From NCBI GenBank assembly GCA_002269645.1, contig NIVC01002977.1, positions 1 to 64,000 of the forward strand: DNA of 64,000 nt, in the 5' to 3' direction. The stretch comes from Macrostomum lignano. Lineage: Eukaryota. Below are positions 22,851 to 34,400 of the stretch, piece after piece (position 1 is the stretch's first letter; the number at the start of each line of letters is the position of its first letter). The notes beneath the pieces are model-generated. The model was not told the DNA's origin and did no database searches. It saw only the letters and a program-made list of their open reading frames with translations. The position numbers were made by a program, and so were the translations under genes.

Positions 22851-25800
22851 TCACTCGACCGTCTTCATGAAGCCCAGGGCCGCCAGCCCATCCAGAAACT
22901 CCCGCTCCGCCTCCTGCCGCTGCCGCCCCTGTCCTGGAGACCGCTCGTACAGCCGCACAATGCTCACTTGGATGGCGGAGAGCAGCAGGTCCGGAAACTG
23001 CGGCCAGGGTTGTGGTGGGGTGAGTTGGAGTGAGTTGGAGTGAGTTGGGGTGAGTTGGAGTGAGTTGGGGTGAGTTGGGGTGAGTTGGAGTGAGTCGGAT
23101 TGAGTTGGAGTGAGTTGGGGTGAGTTGGAGTGAGTTGGAGTGAGTTGGGGTGAGTTGGAGTGAGTTGGAGTGAGTCGGATTGAGTTGGAGTGAGTTGGGG
23201 TGAGTTGGAGTGAGTTGGAGTGAGTCGGATTGATTTGGAGTGAGTTGGAGTGAGTTGGAGTGAGTTGGGGTGAGTTGGGGTGAGTTGGAGTGAGTTGGAG
23301 TGAGTTGGAGTGAGTCGGATTGATTTGGAGTGAGTTGGAGTGAGTTGGAGTGAGTTGGAGTGAGTTGGGGTGAGTTGGGGTGAGTTGGAGTGAGTTGGAG
23401 TGAGTCGGATTGATTTGGAGTGAGTTGGAGTGAGTTGGAGTGAGTCGGATTGAGTCGGATTGAATTGGAGTGAGTTGGATTAAACTGGAGTGAGTTGGAG
23501 TGAGTTGGAGTGAGTTGGAGTGAGTTGGAGTGAGTTGGATTAAACTGGAGTGAGTTGGAGTGAGTTGGAGTGAGTTGGAGTGAGTTGGAGTGAGTTGAAG
23601 TGAGTTGGAGTGAGTTGGAGTGAGTTGGAGTGAGTTGGAGTGAGTTGGAGTGAGTTGGAGTGAGTTGGAGTGAGTTGGAGTGAGTTGGAGTGAGTTGGAG
23701 TGAGTTGGATTAAACTGGAGTGAGTCGGATTGATTTGGAGTGAGTTGGAGTGAGTTGGAGTGAGTTGGAGTGAGTTGGAGTGAGTTGGAGTGAGTTGGAG
23801 TGAGTCGGATTGAGTCGGATTGAATTGGAGTGAGTTGGAGTGAGTTGAATTGAGTTGGAGTGAGTTGAATTGAGTTGGAGTGATTTGGATTGAGTTGGAG
23901 TGAGTTGGATTGAATTGGAGTTGGATTAAATTGGAGTTGGATTAAATTGGAGTGAGCTGGATTGTGTTGGATTAATTGGAATTAGTTGGAGTGAGTCGGA
24001 TTGAAAACTGGCTAGCAAAGAAACCCTCACTGCAATATTTAGCGAACGGACGAAAACAACAGGCATTAAGCGAAACTCGTCTGGCTTATTGGCTCCGTTC
24101 CCGCGGTGCGCCAGGCATCTCTGGTCCGCGTCAAACCCCAGCCCCTGATCCGAGCCAGCCCGGGCATCAAGTTTCGAGGGAACCGTGGGAGCGAAGGACG
24201 CGGCCCGCTTCGCAGCTTGGGGGAGCCGGCCTGCAGCTTCTCTGCTTCTAACAGGAAGCAAGGGCACTGGGAGAGCCCATGGGAAATGAAAGCCCGCACT
24301 CCGGACTGTCTGCTGGCTTCAATGTGGGAATGTCCTGCATGGGGGAAATGCAGAAGGGAAATTCTTTTGAAACCAATCTACAGGGGAATCTTGGGTGGGG
24401 GGGGCGGTCGATTTCGGGGAAATCTTGAGAATGAATTTCGGGAGAAATGTCGAGAAGGAATCTCCGAGGGAAATCTCGAGAAGGAATCTCCAAGGAAATC
24501 TCTAGAAGGAATCTCCAAGGGAAATCTCGAGGATGAATCTCCAGGGGAATCGGCAGGGGAACCTCAAAGAATCTCCGCGAAAATCCTGGGGAATCTCAGG
24601 AGAGATCTGGTGCGGAGGCAAATATCGAGGAGGAATCTATGGGGAATCTCCTGGGGAATCTCAGGGGTAGGCAGCTCACCAGCAGGTCCTTCTCGCTGCA
24701 GCGCTGGCCCGCTGAGCCCCGCTTGGAGTAGGCGAACACCTCGTCAAGCGGGTGGTTCAGCCCGCTGCCGTAGTCGATCTTGCGGAACTCCGCAATGGTG
24801 CTGTAGTCCGAGGCCTGCGGGTTCCGCCTGTTCCAGTCCTCCGAGAATGCCCGCGCCTTCTTTATGGCCGATTCGTACTTCCGCTTGTCCTCGGGGTCCT
24901 TCAAGGCCAACCGCGCCGTGGCCACGAGGCTGTACATCTTGCGGGTGACCAGACGCTGCATCAGGTGCCGGGCCGTCGGGCCGCAGTGCTCCGTCAGCAG
25001 CAGCTCCAGGCGGGCGTCCGTCAGCCAGCATAGCGTCTCCACGGAGCCGGAAGCCTCCAGCAGGTAGCGGCGGGCGTCCGGGTTCACTGACTCCACGGGC
25101 TGCGACTCCAGGAAGCTGCGGCCCGCCTGCAGCGCGTCGCCCAGGCTGCGGTGGCGTTCAGGGTGGCAGTTGGGGTGGCAGTTGGGGTGGCAGTTGGGGT
25201 GGCAGCTGGGGTGGCATTGAGTGGCAGTTGGGGTGGCAGCTGGGGTGGCATTGAGTGGCAGTTGGGGTGGCAGTTGGGGTGGCATTGAGTGGCAGTTGGG
25301 GTGGCAGTTGGGGTGGCAGTTGGGGTGGCAGTTGGGGTGGCAGTTGAGGTGGCAGTTGGGGTGGCAGTTGGGGTGGCAGTTGGGGTGGCATTGAGTGGCA
25401 GTTGGGGTGGTAGTTGGGGTGGCAGTTGAGGTGGCAGTTGGGGTGGCAGTTGAGGTGGCAGTTGGGGTGGCATTGAGTGGCAGTTGGGGTGGCAGTTGGG
25501 GTGGCAGTTGGGGTGGCATTGAGTGGCAGTTGGGGTGGCAGTTGGGGTGGCAGATGAGATGGCAGTTGGAGTGGCATTGAGTGGCAGTTGGGGTGGCAGT
25601 TGGGGTGGCATTGAGTGGTAGTTGGGGTGGCAGTTGGGGTGGCATTGAGTGGCAGTTGAGGTGGCAGTTGGGGTGGCAGTTGAGGTGGCAGTTGGGGTGG
25701 CAGTTGGGGTGGCAGTTGGGGTGGCAGTTGAGGCCAGACCACAGGTGCTGGCCACAGATCAAAGGCATTAGAAAGCAGCTCACAGCTTCTCAAAGCCGAT

Positions 25801-28247
25801 CACTTTGATGTGCTGGTAGCCAACATAGTGGTTGACCCTGCGGGCCACCAGCAGCTGGATGTACTCCAGCACCTGCTTGTCGCGAATCACCAGCAGGTTG
25901 CGGCCCTGCCCGCACGGCAGCACCCGCAGCATGGCGAGCTGTCGCTGGCAGTCCAGCTTGTTGTTGAGGCCCAGGAAGTAGGAGTCCCTGTTGATGTAGT
26001 CCCACTTGTCCACGTCGAACCCGGTCCTCTTGTTGCTGATGATCTGTGGGAAGCGATTGCAGTGCGGCTGCTCATACAGAAACTGCCTCCCAGGCCCCCC
26101 TCACCTCATACAGAATCTGCCTCCCAGGCCCCCCTCACCTCATACAGAATCTGCATCCCAGGCCCCCCTCACCTGATACAGAATCTGTCTCCCAGGCCCC
26201 CCTCACCTCATACAGAATCTGCCTCCTAGGGTCCCCCTCACCTCATACAGAAACTGCCTCCCAGGCCCCCCCTCACCTGATACAGAATCTGCCTCCCAGG
26301 CCCCCCTCACCTCATACAGAAACTGCCTCCCAGGCCCCCCTCACCTCATACAGAATCTGCCTCCCAGGCCCCCCTCACCTCATACAGAAACTGCCTCCCA
26401 GGCCCCCCTCACCTCATACAGAATCTGCCTCCCAGGCCCCCCTCACCTCATACAGAATCTGCCTCCCAGGCCCCCCTCACCTCATACAGAAACTGCCTCC
26501 CAGGCCCCCCTCACCTCATACAGAATCTGCCTCCCAGGCCCCCTCACCTCATACAGAAACTGCCTCCCAGGCCCCCCTCACCTCATACAGAATCTGCATC
26601 CCAGGCCCCCCTCACCTGATACAGAATCTGCCTCCCAGGCCCCCCTCACCTCATACAGAATCTGCCTCCTAGGGTCCCCCTCACCTCATACAGAAACTGC
26701 CTCCCAGGCCCCCCTCACCTGATACAGAATCTGCCTCCCAGGCCCCCCTCACCTCATACAGAATCTGCCGCCTAGGCCCCCCTCACCTCATACAGAAACT
26801 GCCGCCCCGGTGGGATCTCCTGATCCTCGGGCCCGCCCAGAATCAGCTGCTTGATGAGCTCCCGGTTGGTGCCGCCCGAGGCTTCGTGCCGCCTCCGCAT
26901 GAAGTCGGCGAACTCGGCGGCGCCCGACAGACCGGAGCCGATGACTTGGTCAATGATTCTGTCAACCAGCTGGACACTCATGCCCTCATGGTGATAGTCT
27001 GCGAACCTGTCTCCCGTCTTCACCAGCACCTCCCACAGGTGAGAGAAGGGCCCGTGGCCCAGGTCGTGGCAGAGGCCGGCCAGCGCCACGCACAGAACTT
27101 CGTCGTCCGTCAGCTCCGTCTCCAGGGTCGTGGCGCGGCTCTTCAGAGTCTTGGCGAGCTGCCAGGCCAGGTGGTATGTGCTGAAGTGATCGGAGGGGTG
27201 CGGCTCAGCCAGTCACTCGCTGCTCAGCTCCAGGCACTCCGCCAGATCACCCAGTCACTCATTGCTCAGCTCCAGGCACTCCGCCGGATCAGCCAGTCAC
27301 TCGCTGCTCAGCTCCAGGCACTTCGCCAGCTGAGCCAGTCACTCGCTGCTCAGCTCCAGGCACTCCGTCAGCTCAGCCAGTCACTCACTGCTCAGCTACA
27401 GGCACTTCGCCAGCTGAGCCAGTCACTCAGCCAGCTCAGCCAGTCACTCAGCCAGCTCAGCCAGTCACTCAGCCAGCTCAGCCAGTCACTCAGTCAGCTC
27501 AGCCAGTCACTCAGCCAGCTCAGCCAGTCACTCAGCCAGCTCAGCCAGTCACTATGCTCACCCAACAGAGTGCTCAAATCGGGTGTGGGTGCCAGACGGG
27601 TACACCAGGTAGGTGACGCCCAGCTGCTTGAGGTGTCGCAGCCGCTGGAACTCCGGCGCGCCCATTATGAGCTCGGCGAACTTGTGCAACTCGATGGTGC
27701 CATGGATCGGATCATTGATGACCTGGCCAGGTGAGGGAGAGTTGCAGATTGCTGTGACATGCAAGCTGATCACTGGCTACCAATGAGGCACTCTGCACCA
27801 AAAACCCACTTCAGCATCTCCCTTAGCCAGTTAGCTTGCATGAGGGAGCTTTAATAATTAAAGTAAATTTGTTAACATTTATCACACCAAAAATTTAGTG
27901 CAAAAATATACCTTTAAACTCTGCAAAAAGGTTCAGTAACAATAGGTTTTTGGTATTAAATATATAGGAAAACTTAGTCAGACACAAAATAATGTAATAA
28001 ATCTAAATAAATAATTGATGTCAAAATTCTAGAAAAGATATAAGTGCACAAGTTCAGGTCAGAAGCTGGTCTAGCTTAGATGCCAAATTGAGGGCTTTTA
28101 ATAGAAAAATCAGTCAATATTGCTCTATAATATAGAATTCATTCACAAATCATGTGAGGCATATTTTATCAATTTCAAATATCAGTCCTAACATGTTTGA
28201 AGATTTACCTTTGGTAGAGACAGGTTTGAACCATTACAAGTGGCCAT
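22851..28247 (-). CDS. SAMHD1: SAMHD1-like HD-domain dNTP triphosphohydrolase, paralog 2 (complete, no SAM domain)
   Basis: Exons 28247-28209 ([13 protein letters not shown]), 27722-27562 ([26 protein letters not shown]), 27180-26787 ([14 protein letters not shown]), 26043-25784 ([18 protein letters not shown]), 25145-24680, 22997-22851; all GT-AG, phases consistent, no frameshift. Confidence 0.93.
23015..23995. repeat. 10-bp intronic repeat (TGAGTTGGAG; CTCCAACTCA on gene strand)
   Basis: Abuts the last acceptor of paralog 2. Confidence 0.95.
24400..24665. repeat. Degenerate GGAATCTC-based repeat
   Basis: Next to the donor at 24679 of paralog 2. Confidence 0.7.
25160..25732. repeat. 12-bp G-rich intronic repeat (GGGGTGGCAGTT)
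   Basis: Fills intron 25146-25783. Confidence 0.95.
26066..26801. repeat. 34-bp minisatellite spanning an exon/5'-splice-site junction (gene strand CAGTTTCTGTATGAG|GTGAGGGGGGCCTGGGAGG)
   Basis: About 21 copies; the first copy is the true exon end (QFLYE) plus the donor at 26786. Confidence 0.95.
27200..27552. repeat. Compound intronic repeat (CAGCCAGTCACT / CAGCTCCAGGCACT units)
   Basis: Fills intron 27181-27561. Confidence 0.85.
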
Positions 28248-31200
28248 GCTGAATTCTTTGCTGGTCTTTGAAGACTCTACTGAAATTTTAAATTATGAAA
28301 CTTTTGTTAAAAAACTAATAATCATGCTATGCAAATACAGAGATCATGCATTAAAGACATTATCTCTTAAGGTCATGCTAACTTGTATGCACTTTGTATT
28401 TTTTAAATGTTAAATTTAGTAAAAAGTGCAATAGTTTATATTATGAAAAAAAACATTTAGAAGGAATAAATTAGATGTAGAACAGTCTAGATATGCTTAT
28501 AAACTATATATTTGATCTATAGGAACAAAATTAAAATGGTTGCAATATCAGATTGAGATACAGTCTATTACCTATCTATGATTTATCTAATATGTAAAAT
28601 TATATTGTTTTAAACTTTTAATGACAATTGGTAAATATTTAAGTCTAAGTAAGACTCTCTCTAGTCTAACTAAATTACTATAATATACCTAGGCCTAAAC
28701 TAAGCTATAAGCATATTACAATCTAGTAGGTAGGCCTACTGGTCATTTTGGTGACAAGTTGCTTTTGTTATAGACACAAATTTTTCATTTGTATTTTGAT
28801 AAAAAATATAAGAATTTATAAGTAGTCATTTTAGTGACAGGAGGTGCTTTATAATATCAGCTTTTAGTTATTTTGTTAAGATTTATATTGTGTTCATATT
28901 TGAAAATTTCCATCAAAAAATTAGTATATGTAGGAAAAGAAATCAAACTAACAGTTTTCTTTCTATGCAGATCATTTTGAATTGTCCCAGAATATTCAGA
29001 CACATAAACCATAGACCTATAGAGAATCTTCATAAAATGCTGACTATAGTATGAGAAAAGCAGAGATTTTCACTAGACAATTAGAATTGGATTGGAAAAC
29101 ATATAAATTCAAAAGATTGCAACTCTGGAATTGTAAATAAGCAAAATTAAATAAAGCAATACTTAACCATTGCAGAAAATTATTTAAAAAAAAACAAAAA
29201 AAAACAAAATTGCTATCACCAAAGGGTATTTTTCTTGTCACTGAAACAATTATTACCTATGACGATATTGGCATAGTGGCCTTGAGAATGAGCAAAGACA
29301 AATGAATGCAATAGAGGCAAAATTGTAGCAGTAGCACTTGGCAGTAATTTCAATCAATGTTAATACAAACGATGGCTGCAGACTTAATTTATTGTTAATC
29401 AAAGTACAAGATGTAACAATGCACTGGCAGCTATACAACAATAAAGTAAATAGCTTAGGTATTCATAGTAGAAGTGGCGTGGCTGAGAGTGGCAGAGGCA
29501 TGGCTAGAACTGTGGTGGAAAGAAGGCAAGTGACTCAGTAAAGGCAGCCAGAGCCTACAGACTACATGGGCTCACAAGGGTGCGAGAGGCTAACGAAGTC
29601 TAAACAGGCAAAGGCCCCAGACAAGGTGGCTGGCAAAGCTAAAGCCTGAACAAGAGGGCAGACAAGAGCACCAGGAGCGAGAGGCAAAGGGCAAAGCAAA
29701 GGAGTGAAAAAGGTCCCGAGCGCATGGCTAGACAGACTGATAAGGACCAGGCTGGGGGTGGCATGTGAGAGAAATTAGTATAATTAATGCAGTGCATATA
29801 TATTGGCTAACTAAGAAAAACAGGAACAGAAATTATTGATCGCACACTATATGCAGGGTTAAGAATTGTATGCAGTTGAATAAAATTTTTCGGGGCACTA
29901 CTTTAAGCAGACGTGAGAATACAAAACTGGCAATATTAACGATTGGTACCGTATATTGAAATGGCCCTTGGCAGGGCTATTGAAACTAACAATGTCACAT
30001 ACTGAAACATCTTGTCACCGAAATGACTGTAATCCAATCAAGTAGTATACCCAGAAATTTGTTCAAGTTGGTAGATTCTAGAAAGAGAAATATAACAATT
30101 CTTCCCATATATACAAACAATACAATAAATAGGCAATAATAGTTGCAATTTTATGACTTTTATGTATATTGATTTAAAAAATAGTTTACTAATTTTCTGA
30201 GTTATTTTATGTTATGATAAGTTTTAAAAATATGATAAGCTTTCAGTTCCTCCCCTCTGACCTGACTGACAACCAGAAATTATTATTAAACTAATGAGCT
30301 AGGCCTATGTCAGTTAGTCAATGACCTAGGCCTCTGCTATGTAACTGGAACAGGAGGGCTAAATATACTACAATTTGCCTTACAAAAAAAATCTAAAAAA
30401 TGCAGCCAAACTGCTTTCTGTTTGGGCTCTTCCAAAAACTTGCTTTCTTCTATTGCCTCGGGTGTAAAACGAACGATACATACGCCAAGGACAACTTAAG
30501 TACTTAAAGTCGTCCTTGTTACGCATCATAGAAAATACCAAACTTAAACTTTTGCTAAGAGATTGAAGTAACAAACCTTAGTATAAAATAAGTTTTCGCC
30601 TGGTTATCTGATTTTTAGTTGTTTAAAAAATGAGTCAGTAAAGTAGTAAGTATCGAAATAAAAACTAGGATTGAGAAACTAACCATGTCGCAGAAAATTT
30701 TATTTTGATGATCCAAATTTTAGAACACAGCCTGGCTCTACATGAAGTGCATGGGGTTTCGTTTAGCCCACAGACGCCTGACCTTTGACTTTTTTCATTG
30801 TTTCCCTTTCACCCCATTTTGCCAAAATATATCCATGTAGTTACTTTCTTATAAAGATAAACCAAACTAACTATAGAAATGAACATGCATGGCACACATG
30901 TTTATGTGACATGCTACGCATAGCATGTCAATTATAACTTTTGGTAAAACAAGTAAGCGAAGGCGGTAACCAAAGGCTGTGACATTTTTATACAAAAAAT
31001 CTGATATATTGGAAAATGAAATGAAATAGTTGGTTGGAGAGAATCCGTGTGGCGCAGAAAAATACTGGTTCAATCTGAGTTGAATTAATGCAAGTAGATT
31101 TAAAGTATTTTTATGTTACTTGTCATTTTGCTGATTCGAACGTGGCAGAGCTTAACAGAGCGCATCCCTAACGTATACGATGCGGCATATGATATAATTT

Positions 31201-31482
31201 ATTATACTGCTATTCAATAGGCGGTCGATTCCGGCCTCTGCAGTCGATGTCCTATTTCTGAAGTTGGTATCTGCTCTCTACAGATGATGCGGGCTGGCGG
31301 GAGTATGGCACCGAGTCCTGCCTGTCCCCTATCAGCGGGCCCTCTGACTGATGTTGATCCGCTGAGCCGTAGCTTGACGATACAAAGTTTGAGTTGCTAA
31401 TGGCATAAGTAGGGATGGGAGCGGTGAAGTAGATTGGAGATGCATTTCTACAGATTACTGACCTACAGTATAATAACAGTGC

Positions 31483-34400
31483 TCACAGCTTCTCCAACAG
31501 CCGGTCGTTGAGCCCCTCCCGGTACGGCTTGTCGATCGGGTAGAAGTGCATCAGCAGCAGGGCCAGGCAGACGCACACGATGGGCCCGGGGCCGAGCAGG
31601 TAGCGCAGTGCCAGGGCCACAGAGTACGGCTGCTCGCACGAGTTGCTGTCGTAGCCGCTGAAGCTGAGCACCAGCTGCGAGAGGGCGAGGCTGAGCCCGG
31701 AGGCGAACTTGGTGAAGAACACGTACAGGGAGTAGAAGGTGGCCTCCCTGCGCTCCCCAGTGCGGCAGTAAAAATCATCGATGACGTCAGGCAGCATGGA
31801 CCAGGGCAGCAGCATGGCCACCGAGATGGACACGCCGGACACGCCGATGACTGCGTAGTAGGCGGCGACCAGTGGTCGTGGCGGGTCTCCTTCTAAATTT
31901 TCGCGCCACCCAAATTTTTTCGCGCCATAGGTATCTATATATACTATACAGCTAAGAATACCCAACAAATTCAGACATGCACATGTGAATATGAAGGTAA
32001 AAATAGTTATGGAGGTGCAGAACATCATGAAATTTAATTATTCAAATGGGTGCCTGGAGTTTAAAGCTTCTTAATGAAAAAATAGCGCAAAAATGGGGGA
32101 ATATTTTTCATATTTTCGCGCCATTAGCCATCCGCATTTTTCGCGCCATGGTCACAGAATTCGCGTATTCGCGCCATTTTCGCGCAGGCGCGAATTCGCG
32201 CCACCGCCACGACCACTGGCGGCGACGCTGTTGGGCGGCAGCGCCGTGGCCAGCATCAGACAGGGCAGCTGCGGCTGCGGGTTCGGGGCGGGAGGGCTTT
32301 CTGAGTGAGTCACTGCATGGGCTGGCAGCGCATGATGAGTAGCGTCTCAAGAGCCTGATTTGAAGTGCCTTAGACCCAGAGTGGTGCTTTGAGTTCTAAC
32401 GGGACACCTTGAGTCCTAATGTGATAATCCTGAGTCCTGGTGTGATAAACTTGAGTCCTGATGTGATAATCCTGAGTCCTGGTGTGATAAACTTGAGTCC
32501 TGATGTGATAATCCTGAGTCCTGGTGTGATAATCCTGAGTCCCATGGTGTGATAATCCTGAGTCGTATAACTTCCGGCTGGGATGGAGGTCAGACAGAGG
32601 CTTACTATAGAAGATTTCGTCTCCAGACCGGGAGAAACCTCAGGAGCCAGATTGAGAACCCGATTGTAAAACAATCAGCAGCACTCCAGCTGCAGCTCAC
32701 CAGCAGCCCAATCATGAAGATTCGCTTCTTGCCGAACCTGCCGCTCATCCTGGCCCAGAACGGCACCAGCAGGACGGCCACGGTGAGCACGGTGAAGATG
32801 CCCGAGTTCATGTGGCCGCCCATGCCGAGGCTGTGTGTGGTGTACAGGCCCAGGTTGGCCTGCACCGTCTGCGGGGAGGGCAGCAAGTCCATATGGAGCT
32901 GCTTCAGTCCCTGGATCACTTTTGAGAGCTGAATAAATTCTTCACAACTGACATGAGTTGAGTGAAAATCAAAAGCGTCACTGCATCAGTTTCGCAAATA
33001 CCAGGGGTAAATGTACCCTTCCTGGCGCAATGCCTTCGGCGACATCGTTCCACATCCAGTGCTGACGGCAGTTCTGCCCGTTCCGCTGACTCCTGAGCAC
33101 TCACAAGCGCGCCAACACCGACAACCGCCGGCCAATTTTCCTGCGCAAACCCCAAATTACGGTGGCTTCCCACGGGATCAAACCAAGGATCGTGGCCCGA
33201 GAGTAAGGCGCATTTACCGCTGAGCTGCTCTGCCCCAAGCAATTGTGGAGCATTTGAAGAATTTGTGGAGCATTTGGTAAAGATTTAACATTTTTTTCAG
33301 AGAAAAAGTCCACCTCAGTCCAGTCTTGGGGGGCTTCAATTTGCAGCTGATTTTGCGACCCACCTGAATGCCCAGAGACATGCAGAGGAAGGCCAGCATG
33401 AGCAACACGTATGGCCGGAATGCCAGGACGCTGCGCACGTTGCTCAGCAGGGAGTCCCGCCTGGCGTCCAGCCGGACCCGCTCCCGGATGCCGAAGGTGG
33501 CGAACAGACCGCAGGCGAAGTAGATCCCGGCGATCACCAGCGCGGCGAGGGCGTAGCCGCGACGCTACGAGGAAAATGCATGATGTTGAAGAACGTTTGG
33601 GTTTAAACTGTCAGCTGAGTCCCGATACCCGAGTCCCGATACCCGAGTCCCGATACCCGAGTCCCGATACCCGAGTCCCGATACCCGAGTCCCGATACCC
33701 GAGTCCCGATACCCGAGTCCCGATACCCGAGTCCCGATACCCGAGTCCCGATACCCGAGTCCCGATACCCGAGTCCCGATACCCGAGTCCCGATACCCGA
33801 GTCCCGATACCCGAGTCCCGATACCCGAGTCCCGATACCCGAGTCCCGATACCCGAGTCCCGATACCCGAGTCCCGATACCCGAGTCCCGATACCCGAGT
33901 CCCGATACCCGAGTCCCGATACCCGAGTCCCGATACCCGAGTCCCGATACCCGAGTCCCGATACCCGAGTCCCGATACCCGAGTCCCGATACCCGAGTCC
34001 CGATACCCGAGTCCCGATACCCGAGTCCCGATACCCGAGTCCCGATACCCGAGTCCCGATACCCGAGTCCCGATACCCGAGTCCCGATACCCGAGTCCCG
34101 ATACCCGAGTCCCGATACCCGAGTCCCGATACCCGAGTCCCGATACCCGAGTCCCGATACCCGAGTCCCGATACCCGAGTCCCGATACCCGAGTCCCGAT
34201 ACCCGAGTCCCGATACCCGAGTCCCGATACCCGAGTCCCGATACCCGAGTCCCGATACCCGAGTCCCGATACCCGAGTCCCGATACCCGAGTCCCGATAC
34301 CCGAGTCCCGATACCCGAGTCCCGATACCCGAGTCCCGATACCCGAGTCCCGATACCCGAGTCCCGATACCCGAGTCCCGATACCCGAGTCCCGATACCC

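Noticed and set aside
17750-28247. Prokaryotic dNTPase anti-phage system or recent horizontal transfer
   Set aside because: Both genes have spliceosomal introns and SAMHD1-type motifs; nothing indicates an operon or bacterial origin.
28741-30028. 17-bp inverted repeat pair (GTCATTTYGGTGACAAG) as a 1.3-kb DNA transposon
   Set aside because: No TSD or clear termini found; could be two independent short repeat copies.
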